Shown here: positions 35,221 to 48,229 of the stretch, piece by piece
Numbering within the stretch: position 1 is the first letter of the stretch
How the letters are laid out: each line of letters begins with the position of its first letter
Source of the DNA: Selaginella moellendorffii
Lineage: Eukaryota > Plantae > Lycopodiophyta
DNA length: 64,000 nucleotides
Assembly: GCF_000143415.4 (NCBI RefSeq)
Contig: NW_003314266.1
Location: 2,523,856-2,587,855 of the forward strand
Direction of reading: 5' to 3'
Program-made: the position numbers and the translations under genes
The notes under the pieces: generated by a model
Database searches by the model: none
What the model saw: only the letters and a program-made list of their open reading frames with translations
What the model was told of the DNA's origin: nothing

Positions 35221-38191
35221 ATGGCGCTTCTCGGAGGCATAGCTGGAGCCTTGTTCCAGGATAAAGGCTCGTCTAAGATCGTCTATAAAGGCGCTGTCCT
35301 CGTCCGGAAAACTAATGTCCTCGATGTCACCAACGTTGGAGCTTCGGTGGTGGACAATACCGCAGATCTCCTTGGTCTTGGAGTGACACTGCAATTGATC
35401 AGTAAGTATCTGTTTGTCGCTGCCAAGAACATCCTCACCTTTGAGTATTGTACAGGTGCCAAGACAGGAAAGAAGAGCAATCCCGCAAACCTTGAGAAGT
35501 GGTTGTTTTCTGGAGGATTATTTGCTACGGACGATGTCAAGTACTCTGTGAAGTTTTCAGTAGATCCGGATTTCGGACTGCCTGGAGCATTTATCATCGC
35601 AAATAGTCATCCAAGTGAATTTTACCTTGTCTCTTTGACTGTCGAGATGCCTGGAGGGGGGAAGATCGTTGAGTTTCCTTGCTATTCCTGGGTTTACAAT
35701 TCGTCCCTCTACAGAACAGAGCGTCTGTTCTTCAGTAACCAGGTAGGCTCTGCGTGGTAAAGATCTCTGACTGTTGTATCCTTACGAATTCTTTCAGCTC
35801 TACTTGCCAAACGAGACACCGACGGGCCTGACAAATGCTCGGGAGAGTGACTTGAAAGCCCTGAAAGGCGATGGAACGGGAATTAGACAAAACTGGGATC
35901 GGATTTACGACTATGATGCTTATAACGATCTGGGAAATCCACTCCTCAACCTGCAAAGACCAACTTTGGGCGGATCGACTGATCTTCCTTATCCCCGCAG
36001 GTGTCGCACTGGTCGAATTAACATCAACGGAGGTCTGAATAAGAAGAAAAAAAAAGAATACTGATTAGTGATTTTCCTGTGCAACAGTTGAAACTCTCAC
36101 CTTGACCCCGTTAAACAAATTCTACATACCAAGCGACGAAAGATTTGGCGCCGTGAAGAACAGTGACTTCCTGGCCGACGGTCTCAAGGCACTGAGTCAC
36201 AGCGTTCTTCCAGCTCTGGAAAGCGTCATCACGTTTGACCAGACGTTTGATTCGTTCAAGGAGATAAAGGACCTGTATGACCAAGGATTTGACATATCCG
36301 AGCTTGTCACCTCACCAGTAAGGGGGATGCAAACGCCACTCGAGTTCTTCAACGAGTTCACTGCAGACACCGGCAACACCAGCTACATGAAGTACCCACT
36401 TCCGCAAATCTTAAAAGGTAATGCTCTTCAAATGCAAACTCGATAAACATGCATCTAACATCAGGCAACTACAGTGAATGAGAAGGGATGGATGACGGAC
36501 GAAGAATTTGCAAGACAAATGCTGTGTGGAGTGAATCCTATGACGATTCAATGTCTGAAGGTAAGTTCATGATACTCACAGCCATTAGCCAACTCTTGAG
36601 TTCAGGAATTTCCACCGACGAGCACTCTGGATCCTGAAAAATACGGACCATCAAAGTCCGCTATTACCGAGGAACATATCGGCAGTCAGCTAGAAGGCTC
36701 AACCGTACAACAGGTTCGTTTTTCTGAAGTACGGGTTCTAAGTTGACTCCCTAACCACGCAAATGGAAATGCAGGCAGTGAGTGACAAGAAACTGTTTAT
36801 TCTCAGCTATCACGATGAGTTCATGCCTTACCTTGACGCGATCAACACCCAGAGATCATCTTACGCTTACGCATCCCGAGTTCTCCTGTTTTTGAAGTCG
36901 AATGGAACTCTCCGGCCCGTAGCCATCGAGCTCAGCACACCGTCTTCTCAGAGAGTCTTCGTCCCACCGGCAGCTGGAAAAACCGATTGGCTCTGGGAGC
37001 TCGCGAAAGCACACGCCGCCACGAACGATTCTGGATATCACCAGCTTGTCAGTCACTGGTAAGCCAAACATTTAGAGAAAGAAAACAAAAAAACAACCCT
37101 CTCGTATCTGTTGTGAAGGTTAAGGACACATGCTTGCATCGAGCCATTCATTATCGCGACTAACAGGCAGCTGAGCAAGCTTCACCCTCTAAACCCGTTC
37201 CTGCAGCCTCACTTCAAGTACACCATGTCAATCAACTCGCAAGCGCGGCAAAGCCTCATCAATGCAGCTGGAATCATCGAGCTAACTTTCACTCCAGGAA
37301 AATACTGCATGGAGATGAGCGCCGTGGTTTACAAAGGCTGGAGATTCGACGAACAAGGCCTACCAGCAGATCTCATCAAAAGGTAACACAAACAAAACAA
37401 AACAAATTCTGGCACTGACACCACTACTCGGTTCCAGAGGGATGGCGGTCCCAGATTCCACAGCAAAGCACGGACTCAAGCTTGCAATCGAGGACTATCC
37501 ATATGCCGCAGATGGTCTTGAAATCTGGGACGCTCTGGAAAAATGGACGTCCAGTTATCTCGACGCTTGCTACAACGACGACGAAGCAGTAGCAAACGAT
37601 ACAGAGCTCCAGGCCTGGTGGAACGAAGTAATCAAGAAAGGCCATGCAGACAAGAAGGACGAGCCATGGTGGATCAAGCTGAACAGCAAGAAAAACCTGG
37701 CTCTAGCGCTCACCACTATAATCTGGGTAGCGTCGGCCCATCATGCAGCCGTGAACTTTGGCCAGTATGCATACGCTGGCTACATGCCCAACCACCCCAC
37801 CGCCACTCACAAGCCAATCCCGGCCGAAAACTCGAACGAACACAAGAAGCTGCTGTCAAACCCCGAGGAATTCTTCCTCGAGACGGTCTCGAGGAAGCTG
37901 GAAGCGATCCTCGTCATGCTCACGCTCGAGATCCTCTCCTCTCACGCGTCGGACGAGGAGTACCTGGGGCAGCGCCATATCTCGAACTGGACGGATAATC
38001 CCAAGGCCGTCGCCGCCTTCGAGAATTTCACCGCCGCGATGAAGAATGTGGAGGGAATCGTGGCGCGCCGCAACGCCGATCCATCACTCAAGAACAGATT
38101 GGGGCCCGTGAGCATCCCCTACACGCTGCTCTCCCCGGCATCGGAGAAAGGGATCACCGGCAAGGGCGTGCCCAACAGCATTTCCATCTGA
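35221..38191 (+). CDS. LOX: Lipoxygenase, second intact paralog
   Basis: Same exon structure and iron ligands as 13154-16148; ends GVPNSISI. Confidence 0.95.
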
Positions 38192-38424
38192 GATATAAAC
38201 CCTAAGGATATATACAATATATATAATACAAGTATATATATATTTATATATATAAAAACGAAGGGCCCAGACCCCCGCAGCCGTCGGATGGGGCAGCCTC
38301 GGGAGCGTTCTTGGGAAGGGGAGGCCACCCCAGGCCCGGGCCAGTAGCCTTGCAGGAATATTGGCTCAATGTTGTGGTTCAATGCATTATATACAATATA
38401 TACCATACAAGGATATATATAATA

Positions 38425-41196
38425 TCTATATATAAGAACAAAGGGCCCAAACCCCTGCAGCCATCTGACATAGGCAAGGCTGGAGTGCACTAGCAATGAA
38501 GAGCTATGCTATGTTTGAATTCTGGAGCTGACCGGTGCCATGGCAGTGGGTGTGGGTGATGCAAAGTATGCAAGTGACCTGAAGGTGTGTGCACAGCAAA
38601 GGCATCAAGGGAGTTCTTCAAGCTGCCAAAGGAGGAGAAGCTGAAGTACTTCAAGCTGCTAAAGGAAAAGAAGCTGAAGGACACTGCCAAGGAGTATGGC
38701 TTCAAGAGTGATGGCTATGGAAGTAAGATCTCCAATGCCACCAATGTTGTCCAGCTATGGAGGGACGTGCATGTCTCCAAAGAGTAACTTGGCTGACTGG
38801 CCCATGCAGCCATTGCAATACAGGTAAGTCATCTTCCCTGTTCTCCCATTTCTTCGTCTTTGAAACCCCGTGAGGACTTCCCTGTTCTTACAGTTCAATT
38901 GCGCATGTCAGCACTGATGGATTGAGCTAGGCAGATGAATCGATTCCTGATGTAAGATTTCCCTGTTCTTGACGCAGTGAAAGAGTTGGTGTGGATTTGC
39001 AGAGTCATTGTGTATGAGGTGGTATATGGAGATTCTGATTTCTCAATCTTCCTTGGGCAGCATGCACATGTGGCCAGGAAGGGAAGAGGGCGTGGTTACA
39101 ACTGTTACACCATGCACTCCTAGGGTTCTCTACCCATGGCTGCATGAGCAACACCACAGGCAGGCTGGCGAGGGAGAGTGCCAGTGATGCAATCCTACTT
39201 TTGTGGCTTGGGCCCTCTCTGAATTGCACTTCAATTGTGCATGTTAGCACTGATTGAGCGAGGCAGATGAATTGATTTCTGGTGTAAGATTTCCCTTCTT
39301 GATGCAGTGAAAGAGTTGGTGTGGGTTTGCAGATTCACTAAAGAGGTAAATTCTGATTTCTCAGTTTTCCTTGTGTCCCAGTCATAGTCACTAGGGAACT
39401 CACTTGTGTCTGCTTGGAGATGAGGCCGAGTCACTTCTTTCAGATATGCTTAAGGAAATAACCTTTTCACAGATGTCTCGTAAGAAATTCTTTCTGTTTC
39501 TTTCTGTAACCCAAATTATTTTGAAGGCCTAATGGCATGTGCACTAACAAAATGGTGCTGGGTGAATTGAAGGTATTAGACTTTTCTTTTGCAAATTTGC
39601 TGTAATTACAGTGCCAGATCAAAGTGTGAGGACATGTGTTAAAACCAGTCACAGAAGTAAAGTTGCTATGCACACATATTTACGGTGAAATGTTTCCACC
39701 CTGTAGCTTCTCTCTGCCACCACCTTGCCTGCGAGATGGACAAGCAAGTTTGTGAATCCATACTGGCTCTCTAGCTTATGTGCATAACATGGCAATTACC
39801 ACTCAATCACATCCACCTTTGCAACGTGGCTACAAGTGAGTGATCCCTTTCTTTCTTAACAATTCCTTTCTTAAGCTAACTCAATTTCTATTGCCACAGC
39901 TTTCACTACCAATCAAGAGGCTTGAATCATTTCAAGCTCCTAGTGATAGATTGCACGGAATTACCTTTTTACCACTCCTCCTCTGCCTTTGCAGCCATGA
40001 ACTATGATAGGTTACTTTAGTTTCAAGACTTTTTTTTTGCAAAGTTCTTTCTTCTAGATTTTGAAAGCTATCGACACTTTAGCAGTTTAATAGTTAATCA
40101 AGGAGCAAATATAGCTAAGCTCAGCAAATCTTTTGAAATGGTATGAAATTTGCCAACAACCCAGCATTTGCTGGCCCAGAGCCCTGCAGCCGTCCAATCC
40201 CAGGCCCAGGGCAGCCTTGGAAGCCATGGTTCTCCAGAAGGGGAAGCTACCCTAGGCCTAGGCCAAGGCCATGGTTTGCAAGAATATCAGCTCAATGTTG
40301 TGGTGGCCAATGGGCGGTAGGCACATGTGGCCATGAAGGGAAGAGGGCATGCCAATCTCTTTGTCTCCAGGGCGTTTCTCATGGGATCTTCCAGGGCATT
40401 CTCTCCAAGCATGCAGTGGGTGTGCAGCAAGCTCACATTCATGGTGCATGGTGATCCATGCAATATCCACTTATGCATATGACCACTTTGAACACCCATG
40501 CCAATCCCTTGAACAAATCCCTGAGCACCATCAATATCTTAGATAACAATGGAAGATTGTTGGTTCTGAGGTCCCTAAGTTAGTTTTTTCCTATTTTACT
40601 TACATCTTTCTTGAAGCTGTTCCAAATATGTATCTCACAATCTCGAGAAAAGTAAAAACTCTTTCTTTATTTCTCACGTAACTCTTCCACATTGCATCAG
40701 CAGGCTTGAAAGTTGTGCATCATCCTGGTCCATTCAAGTTCTTGAGGCTTGGAGTTCCAGGTAAAGCAAACTAGGTAGTTCTGCCTTGGTCTTGCTAGGT
40801 TGATGGAATTCCAATTCTGTTTGGGAAAACTCCTCCACTCGGCAAAGGGATTTATTCTTTGTTAGGCTTTCTCTCTTTGGATCCATCCTTCCATGATAAA
40901 AATTGTTATGTTATTCTTATTGTGCTTTAGTGTGTTTGGTATTGTTTAGCAGCAAGATAGCAAACAAGATTGCAACAATCAGGGTCTCTTCTCTTTGCAG
41001 CTCTAGCAACTAGAATTACTGATTAATATTTGTGATTTTTTGGGTGAGAAAAAATAGCATTAATGTGATTTAAATATTTTCAAGAACTTTGCCAATTGGG
41101 CAATATCAACATTTTTAGATTTTTCTAGGTCTGAATACCAAGAGATTATCATCAGGATTCATGTAAATTCTTGCTCTAAGAATGTGCTATTGCTAG
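38425..41196 (+). mobile_element. Non-autonomous Helitron candidate carrying gene fragments
   Basis: A|TCTATATATAAG 5' end (extra copy at ~38243, internal homologue ~40172); hairpin ATTCTT-GCTCT-AAGAAT then CTAG|T at 41193-41197. Confidence 0.5.
38587..38823 (+). pseudogene. Fragment of 2-oxoglutarate/Fe(II) dioxygenase N-terminal domain
   Basis: ASREFFKLPKEEKLKY...GYGSK...WRD followed by AG|GTAAGT donor. Confidence 0.6.
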
Positions 41197-41229
41197 TGAA
41201 GATTTTTGCGTGGTTTATGAAGAATAATT

Positions 41230-43607
41230 TTGGATCTAAACACGCACTTTGACTACTTCAACTTTAAACCAACTTCTTGTAACTGATCCAACACTTTATG
41301 AACATCATGAATATGGTTTTTCTCATGTCCCTTCCAAGTGAATTAAAACATCATTAATGAAGTCAGCAATCACTTCTAGCATATTGCAAAGAACCTCGTC
41401 CATCATCCACTATAAAATTGCTAGAGCATTGTTCAAATAAAACAATACTACCAAGAACTCATACAAACCAAATAGTGTATGAAAAACAATCTTAAGAATA
41501 TCTTTTTCAGCCATCAGTACTTGTTGGTACTCAAAAACAAGATTTAACTTGGTGAATCAATAACTTCTCCCTAGATGATCCAAGAGATCAGCAGTATGAG
41601 GAAGAGGGTATACATTTGGGATTGTCACTTTGTTTAACGAAAGATAATCGATATAAAAATAAATACTCCCATTAGAATTCGTTATAAAATGAGATTTATA
41701 CGCCTAAATACTCTGCAATTTCCAAATAACTCCTTTTTCCAACATCTCTTTAACGTTTGCATGTAAAATTTTGATCTCTTTGGATAACTGACGATGAATA
41801 AGAACCTTGATTAGACAAGTATCTCCAATTGGAATAGGATGACATGCTGCAATCTTGGCCCCAAATAATAAGTCAAATTCAAAGAGATTGGCATACTTCT
41901 TCATGAGTCAGTCAACCGCTACAACACAAAGATTGTCGAAGGGATCGGAAAAGAAAAGAGAGGAACAAAACAGAAACTTAGAAGGAAGTAAGGGGGAGAT
42001 AAAAGTGATGGAAGCAGAGGTAGAAACAAAGGGACGAAGAGATACAAAAGTGAGAGGAATGGAAAAAATATTAAAAAGTATAAGACAAGGGGGAGAAACC
42101 TCAAAGTCACACTTAATATGATTGTGCCACAATTAATCCATACTAAGGATGAAGTCAAAAACTTGATTTAGCACCACCTATAATAAATGCAACTTAAACT
42201 CAAGATTGCCTACATGCACAATTAGGTCCGCCTCACCCCATGCACATGCTTGTGTATGGCTGTTGCCATAAAGAATGAAAATTAGCTCTTTTGCATGACA
42301 AATATATATATGGCAATATATGGCAACATGCTGAGTAATAGAAGATAAATTCAAGCTTGTATTAACTAATACAGAGAGAATAATAGAAGACTTTTTATTA
42401 TAAAAACGAGTTTAAAAAGTAAATACTAAATGAACTGGTGCCGAGTGAACCCCTTGATGATACTCTTGAAAGAAAGATGAAGGGATTATTGACTTATTCA
42501 CGAAAGGTCTTTTTATTACTCATGTGACTTTTCATTTTTTAGATGCATCTTGGCTTCCACTACAGCAACATTAATAGGATGTTGTTGATGCTAGGGTTTC
42601 CATCTAGGAAATGGAGGTAGCCAATCTAAAAAACGCTAACAATGCTGATAAGTGTGNNNNNNNNNNNNNNNNNNNNNNNNNNNNNNNNNNNNNNNNNNNN
42701 NNNNNNNNNNNNNNNNNNNNNNNNNNNNNNNNNNNNNNNNNNNNNNNNNNNNNNNNGAAATGTTTAGGTTGAAAGCTTGATCTGCTTTGACATATGTGGT
42801 TCTGCATAAAGCTAGAGGCTTCAAAAACAAACGCCAAATTACATCACCAACTCAAATGGCCTTTGACGAAGACAATACAATTGTTGGAAGGTATAATCAC
42901 AATTGTCAACATGTCCAAATGCGTATTTGAAGAAGTTTGAGAGAATACTCTAATCCTCATAAGTGGCTATGTTTAAACCATTGTACCACTATAGTATAAT
43001 CCTTTAGAGACACATGGGAAACTCACACAAACATTAAATATCATCCTAAGAATGATATGTGGCAATCACTATGAAGTGATTAAACCAATAATACACCTCA
43101 TCCCCAGGATTCCCACAGAAGAACGTGAGGATTGGCAGCAAGAGTAGAAAGAATTGTACCACGTGCCATGATGTTGCTATCAATTGAGTTTGATTATTCA
43201 ACTGTAATTGCATAGCATCAAGAAATTACATTAACTATTGCTCTAAAGTCAAAAGAGGAGGAAGTTATTACTTTGTTATGAAGATGAACAAAAAAGAAAA
43301 AGCAAAAAAGAAGAAATTAAGAAAAGTAATAAGAAAAGGGAGATTTAGACAATGCAAAAGTTAAATCTAAGCTAAAATCCCAAATTGTAACAGTCCTTAT
43401 GGACAATCAAAACTCCCCCTAATCACCACAAATGTGAATGCATGGAATATGGAAAGAGAATACAAAAAATGTGTATATCAATTAGCCAAAAAACCCTAAT
43501 TTATATATAGAAGTGAGTGGTCTAGATTTAAATTAATCTAATGGCTACCAAATCCCACTATATTAATATTAATATACAGCATCGTAACTATATACTTGCA
43601 CTTCATA
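41230..43607 (-). mobile_element. Degenerate second copy of the 1-2902 gypsy family (truncated in RT; LTR 43433-43607)
   Basis: Colinear with ~277-2902; pervasive C>T/G>A changes. Confidence 0.92.
42657..42756. other. Assembly gap (100 N)
   Basis: N run. Confidence 1.
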
Positions 43608-43853
43608 GCAAGAGTGACAAAATTTATATAAAATCACTAATTTTTATATTCACCCAACATTTGCTGGGCAATACCAATATATAATATTTGTAATAGAGAT
43701 CACTCCAAGTATAAACGTTGATAAGAATATGCGAAATAGATTCTCTAAAAGTATCTTTGATCGTCCAAAAATTTCTAGAGGGATAAGCTCGAATGTGACA
43801 ATAAAGAAGCTTCTTTAGGGCTCGCTCCTTTTGAATTATTTCCCCCTCTCACG

Positions 43854-45866
43854 ATGGCGATGGCAGCGATGGTCTGGGCGCTCGCTCCATTGGTGATTTT
43901 GCTCATCCATCCCGCCGTATGCTCGCGCCTGATTCTATCGCCGCTCACGCTCCACAATGGTCTCGGCAAGACGCCGCCAATGGGGTAAGCGGAGGATTGC
44001 CTTTAGACGCAAAGAATGTGATGTATTTGCACAGATGGAATAGCTGGAACCATTTCGGATGCAACATCGATGAATTGACCGTCAAAGAAACTGGTATGTG
44101 TTTTCGTTGCGAATTTTCCAAGCTCACCTCCTACGCATCCAGCCGAGGCGCTGGTCTCGACTGGCCTGGCTGCATTGGGATACAATTACTTGAATGTTGG
44201 TAAGTTATTTTTGTTCCATTTTTTTTCTTTGGTTGTTTGATCACAGGCTTGTTTTCTGGTTTCTGGCAGACGATTGCTGGGCCGAGATGAAGCGAGGCTC
44301 TGAAGTAAATCTGTTTTGAGTGTACACGGCCGGGCAATGGTCAGTGAATTGTAACGCAATATTTTGTTTCTCAGGGCGAACTTACTGCTCGAGCAGCAAC
44401 TTTCCCATCTGGCATCAAGGCCCTGGCGGATTTTGTTCACGAGAAAGGTCTCAAGTTTGGGATTTATTCCGACGCTGGGTAAGCTACTGAACTGGTCGAT
44501 GCATTAATTTTCTTTGTTACTTGTTCAAGGTACTTTACGTGTGAGAAGCAGCCTGGATCTCTTGGATACGAGGAACAAGACGCTGAAACCTTCGCCTCAT
44601 GGGTAAGCTTGAGCACAAGTTTTTCGTTTTAAGCTTTTGTTTTCTTTAGGGAATCGATTATCTCAAGTATGATAACTGCTACACAGATGGAAGTAAGCCT
44701 GAGTTGAGGTAAGAACTCTTTTGAACTCTTGGTTTCTCTTGTTCATTTTCTGTATCAGGTATCCAATCATGCAGGAAGCTCTCGCCAAGACGGGTCGTAA
44801 GATATTCTTCTCCATCTGCGAATGGTGGAAGTTTTTCTCGTTCTCTTCCTTCTTTTCGTGTTTTGTTTACGCTTATCTTTTTGCAGGGGCGTCGATGACC
44901 CCGCAGAATGGGCGCCTGACGTTGGAAATAGCTGGCGTACTACCGGTGACATCACCGATACCTGGAAAAGGTATTCTCTTTCCTTGTTTCTCAGCTCTGA
45001 TCTTTGCACAGCATGACAACTATTGCCGATTTAAATGATCGCTGGGCTTCGTTTGCTGGACCCGGCGGCTGGAATGGTGATTTCATTTCCCGCGCTTCCC
45101 ACTTTTCTTTTCACGAACTCTGCGTAACTTGCAGATCCAGACATGCTTGAAGTTGGAAACGGCGGAATGACCATTGACGAATATCGGTCACACTTCAGCA
45201 TATGGGCATTGATGAAGGTTTCACTTAATTGTTTATTTCCAGCCACTGAGATTGTTTAGCTCGCAGGCACCATTGATTCTCGGCTGTGATCTCCGAGATA
45301 TGAGCAATGACACGCTAGAGATCATTACCAACAAGGAGGTTATCAGTGTAAATCAAGGTAGTCTGTTTGTTTTGATTCAGATACCTGTTTGTTTTTATAA
45401 GAGCCTTGTCTATAGATTCATTGGGAATTCAAGGGAGAAAAGTTTGTAAGAAAGGACCTGAAGAATGCCACGAGGTAATCTTTGTTTGTCTTGGATTATC
45501 ACTCCTCAATTCTCGTAGTTTCTGCCAGATCTGGGCCGGTCCACTCTCTCTTAAGCGAACAGCGGTAGTGATCTGGAACAGGTGCGAGGGGGATGCCGAT
45601 ATCGAGGTGTCATGGCAAGAGATCTCATTGCACCCATCCACTCGAGTGACAATACGAGACTTGTGGAAGGTATTTTTCAAGCTTGATGAGTATCACCACT
45701 ACTTACTGCCTTGCAGCACGAGTACTGGAGTGGTGTTTACAACGAAAGCATTGTGGTTAGCGTGGCCCCTCATGGTGCCGAGATGTTTATCCTAAGCCCG
45801 GGATGGTCGTCTCTTCCTAAGCAGGTTCTCGCAGCAGTCTTTGATACTATGTTCGCTTCACAGTAA
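43854..45866 (+). CDS. AGAL: Alpha-galactosidase (GH27), signal peptide, ~15 exons
   Basis: [10 protein letters not shown]|[40 protein letters not shown]|[11 protein letters not shown]. Confidence 0.95.
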
Positions 45867-46116
45867 TCGAAATGCTAAAGCTACTGGCTAAGATTGAGAG
45901 TTGTAATTGCTCATGCTTTCCTTGCAGGAAGGCCGAGCATAGATAAGCTCGAAGACAAGTCTGTGTGTGTTAAATCTGTTACAATTTATACTTCGTTGAT
46001 TATCGAGCTCTCCTTTAAGCTTTTGGTTCCGACTATGGCATGACATGATACTGGTTAGAGCAAGAAAATGCTTTGTAAATATTTATTTTGTGACGGCCGA
46101 GATTAAAAGTTACTTT

Positions 46117-46631
46117 TTAATCGAATTTGTAGTGCTTGTCCACCGTGGCAGCCACGTCCCACGTACAGCTCATTCCTTTTGGGAAGACAACCAAATCCCC
46201 GGCGCTAATCTCCACGAATTCGTCGCTAGATCCCTCCGGATACACCTTCACCTTGCCCTCCAGCAGATAACACGTCTCCCTGGCATCGTATGTCCATGGG
46301 AATTTGCTGGGCGTGCAGCCCCACCTGGAGTTCCATCCTTCGATCAATCACTCACTCTCCATCGATCAAAACAGCAAGAGGAATCGACTTACTTTGGCCA
46401 GGTCTTGACGCCCAGCTCTCTCAGTCTCGCATCCGAGGGCTCCTTCTCGACCTTGATGCCCAATTTCTCCACCACTGCTGGTGCCTGGCGATCCTGCGCC
46501 ATAGCTCGGAGCCCCTTGGAGCGCAAAGGCCTCGTGGCGGCGGGTCTACTAGCCAAGCGCTCAAAATCGCCACAACCCTGAAAAGCTCTGGAGCAAGGGA
46601 AAGACAAGGCTGCGCTTATAGCTGCTGCCAT
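46117..46631 (-). CDS. Plastid-targeted RmlC-like cupin (Cupin_3/DUF861), 2 exons
   Basis: LRELGVKTWPK|WGCTPSKFPWTY..ETCYLLEGKVKV..GDLVVFPKGMSCTWDV..VDKHY. Confidence 0.9.
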
Positions 46632-46667
46632 AGCCGTATAGAATGACTGAAATACAATGCGATGCGA

Positions 46668-46748
46668 CACGTGTTCTGACACGTAGATGACACATAGGCA
46701 AAAAGGTCAGCCACGTGCAGTGCGCATGCTCCACGTAACTACCACGTA
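46668..46748. promoter_or_regulatory. Cluster of five CACGT (G-box/ABRE) elements in a 167-bp bidirectional promoter
   Basis: CACGTG 46668 and 46712; CACGTA 46680, 46732, 46743. Confidence 0.65.
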
Positions 46749-46798
46749 AGCTTAAGCCAAATGGCATATACCCTGAAGATATTAAAGCTCCCCGAAGC

Positions 46799-47516
46799 AT
46801 GGCTCGTTGTCCAAGCCATGTCTCCAGCGCATTGTCTCTCAATCCACATTCCAGCAGCGGCACCACTGGTTGTGGCAGTGGGATTTTTCCTCCCAGGAGG
46901 AGCTTGCCTGCGTTTTCCAGCAACACTGGATCAATCTCCATCAAGCAAGCGAGCAAATCAACGAAATGCCGAGAGCTGGCTGTGAGTGGAGCTGGGAGTT
47001 CTATTGTCCAGGAAGATGAAGGTGAGCCAATCTCTCTGGGGACTGCCAAGCTTCCTGCTAATGTGGACGTGAAGCTCCTCGAGGACTTGATGTTTCAAGT
47101 AAGTGAATCTCTACCTTGAAGTTGTAAGAAAGAAAGATAACCTTCTACTGTTTCAGTGGGGCAACAGCCTCACGCAAAACGCGAACTTCACTCTGGAGCT
47201 CCCTCTCAAGGTAGAATCCTTCAAGAGCTTGAATCTACTACACCAATAAAAGGAGAAATGGAAATGTTAAATGCAGGTGGACAAAGTGAAAAATGGAGTA
47301 AGACTGGCATACATACGAATCAATGAAGGAGTTGTCGAGGATCTAGTTTACATTGATGTGCTAGTGCTGCCACCAAGTAGTGAATCAACACAGCCTTTCT
47401 TCCTGGTGCAAAGGAGTGGCAAACTCAAAAACTCTGTCCCTCCTGGTGAGCCAGCCATCATGCAGAGCCTACTGCAAGCACTCAAAAAGTCAGTACAAAT
47501 TGCAACACCGAATTGA
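46799..47516 (+). CDS. Conserved plant plastid-targeted protein of unknown function, 3 exons
   Basis: Transit-like N-terminus; ISLGTAKLP..LMFQ|WGNSL..PLK|VDKV..PPGEPAIMQSLLQALKKSVQIA; in-frame GT-AG splicing. Confidence 0.8.
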
Positions 47517-47828
47517 GTGAGATGGATGTAAAGATTATTTCAAAATTGTAAAATTTCTCTCTTGAGAACTTGCTTGCCTACCTGCATGATCAGGCACTCT
47601 TAGAAAAGTGCAAAGGCTATGATCTTTACAAGTCTAGCCACTTCCTCTTGCCCATATCTTCCTGTTCAGTATACTAATAGTAAGGTGTTCAATGGGTAAA
47701 CATGTGCTCTTACCCAACGAAATAGTTTGCTTCTCGATTCCGTCTTCAGTCATGTCTGAGCACTTAGAAAGTTAAATGATTTGATCACATCACAAACCTG
47801 GGTCGCATTGAACTTCGTGCAAAGGTAT

Positions 47829-47928
47829 NNNNNNNNNNNNNNNNNNNNNNNNNNNNNNNNNNNNNNNNNNNNNNNNNNNNNNNNNNNNNNNNNNNNNNNN
47901 NNNNNNNNNNNNNNNNNNNNNNNNNNNN
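47829..47928. other. Assembly gap (100 N)
   Basis: N run. Confidence 1.
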
Positions 47929-47940
47929 ACCACAAAATGA

Positions 47941-48229
47941 CTCAAATGATTCCAAGAGCAGTAGGAAGTTTATGTCGCATCATGTATTACATTTGTAATA
48001 ACTCTTTGAAAATGTAAATAAGCTCAAGTAAATTTGAGGTCTTAACTTTTAATCTTTCCTTCACAACAAAGGAAAGAAAAAGTATTTAAAATCTCAAAAT
48101 TTATTTGGACTTACTTACACTGTCAAAGAGTTGTTCTAAATATTATTTCTTAGCTACATAAAATGAGTACCATACTGTAACTAAAGGTCTGAAAGGGTTC
48201 TACACTGCTCGATGTCAAAATCATTTGAG
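47941..48229. repeat. Imperfect inverted repeat (MITE/foldback-like hairpin)
   Basis: ctcaaatgatt..aactctttga..tctttcctt / aaggaaaga..tcaaagagtt..aatcatttgag, short loop at ~48062-48067. Confidence 0.65.

Noticed and set aside
13154-38191. LOX pair as mis-assembled haplotypes
   Set aside because: Numerous coding and intron differences plus a long-decayed BAT1 partner indicate true paralogs
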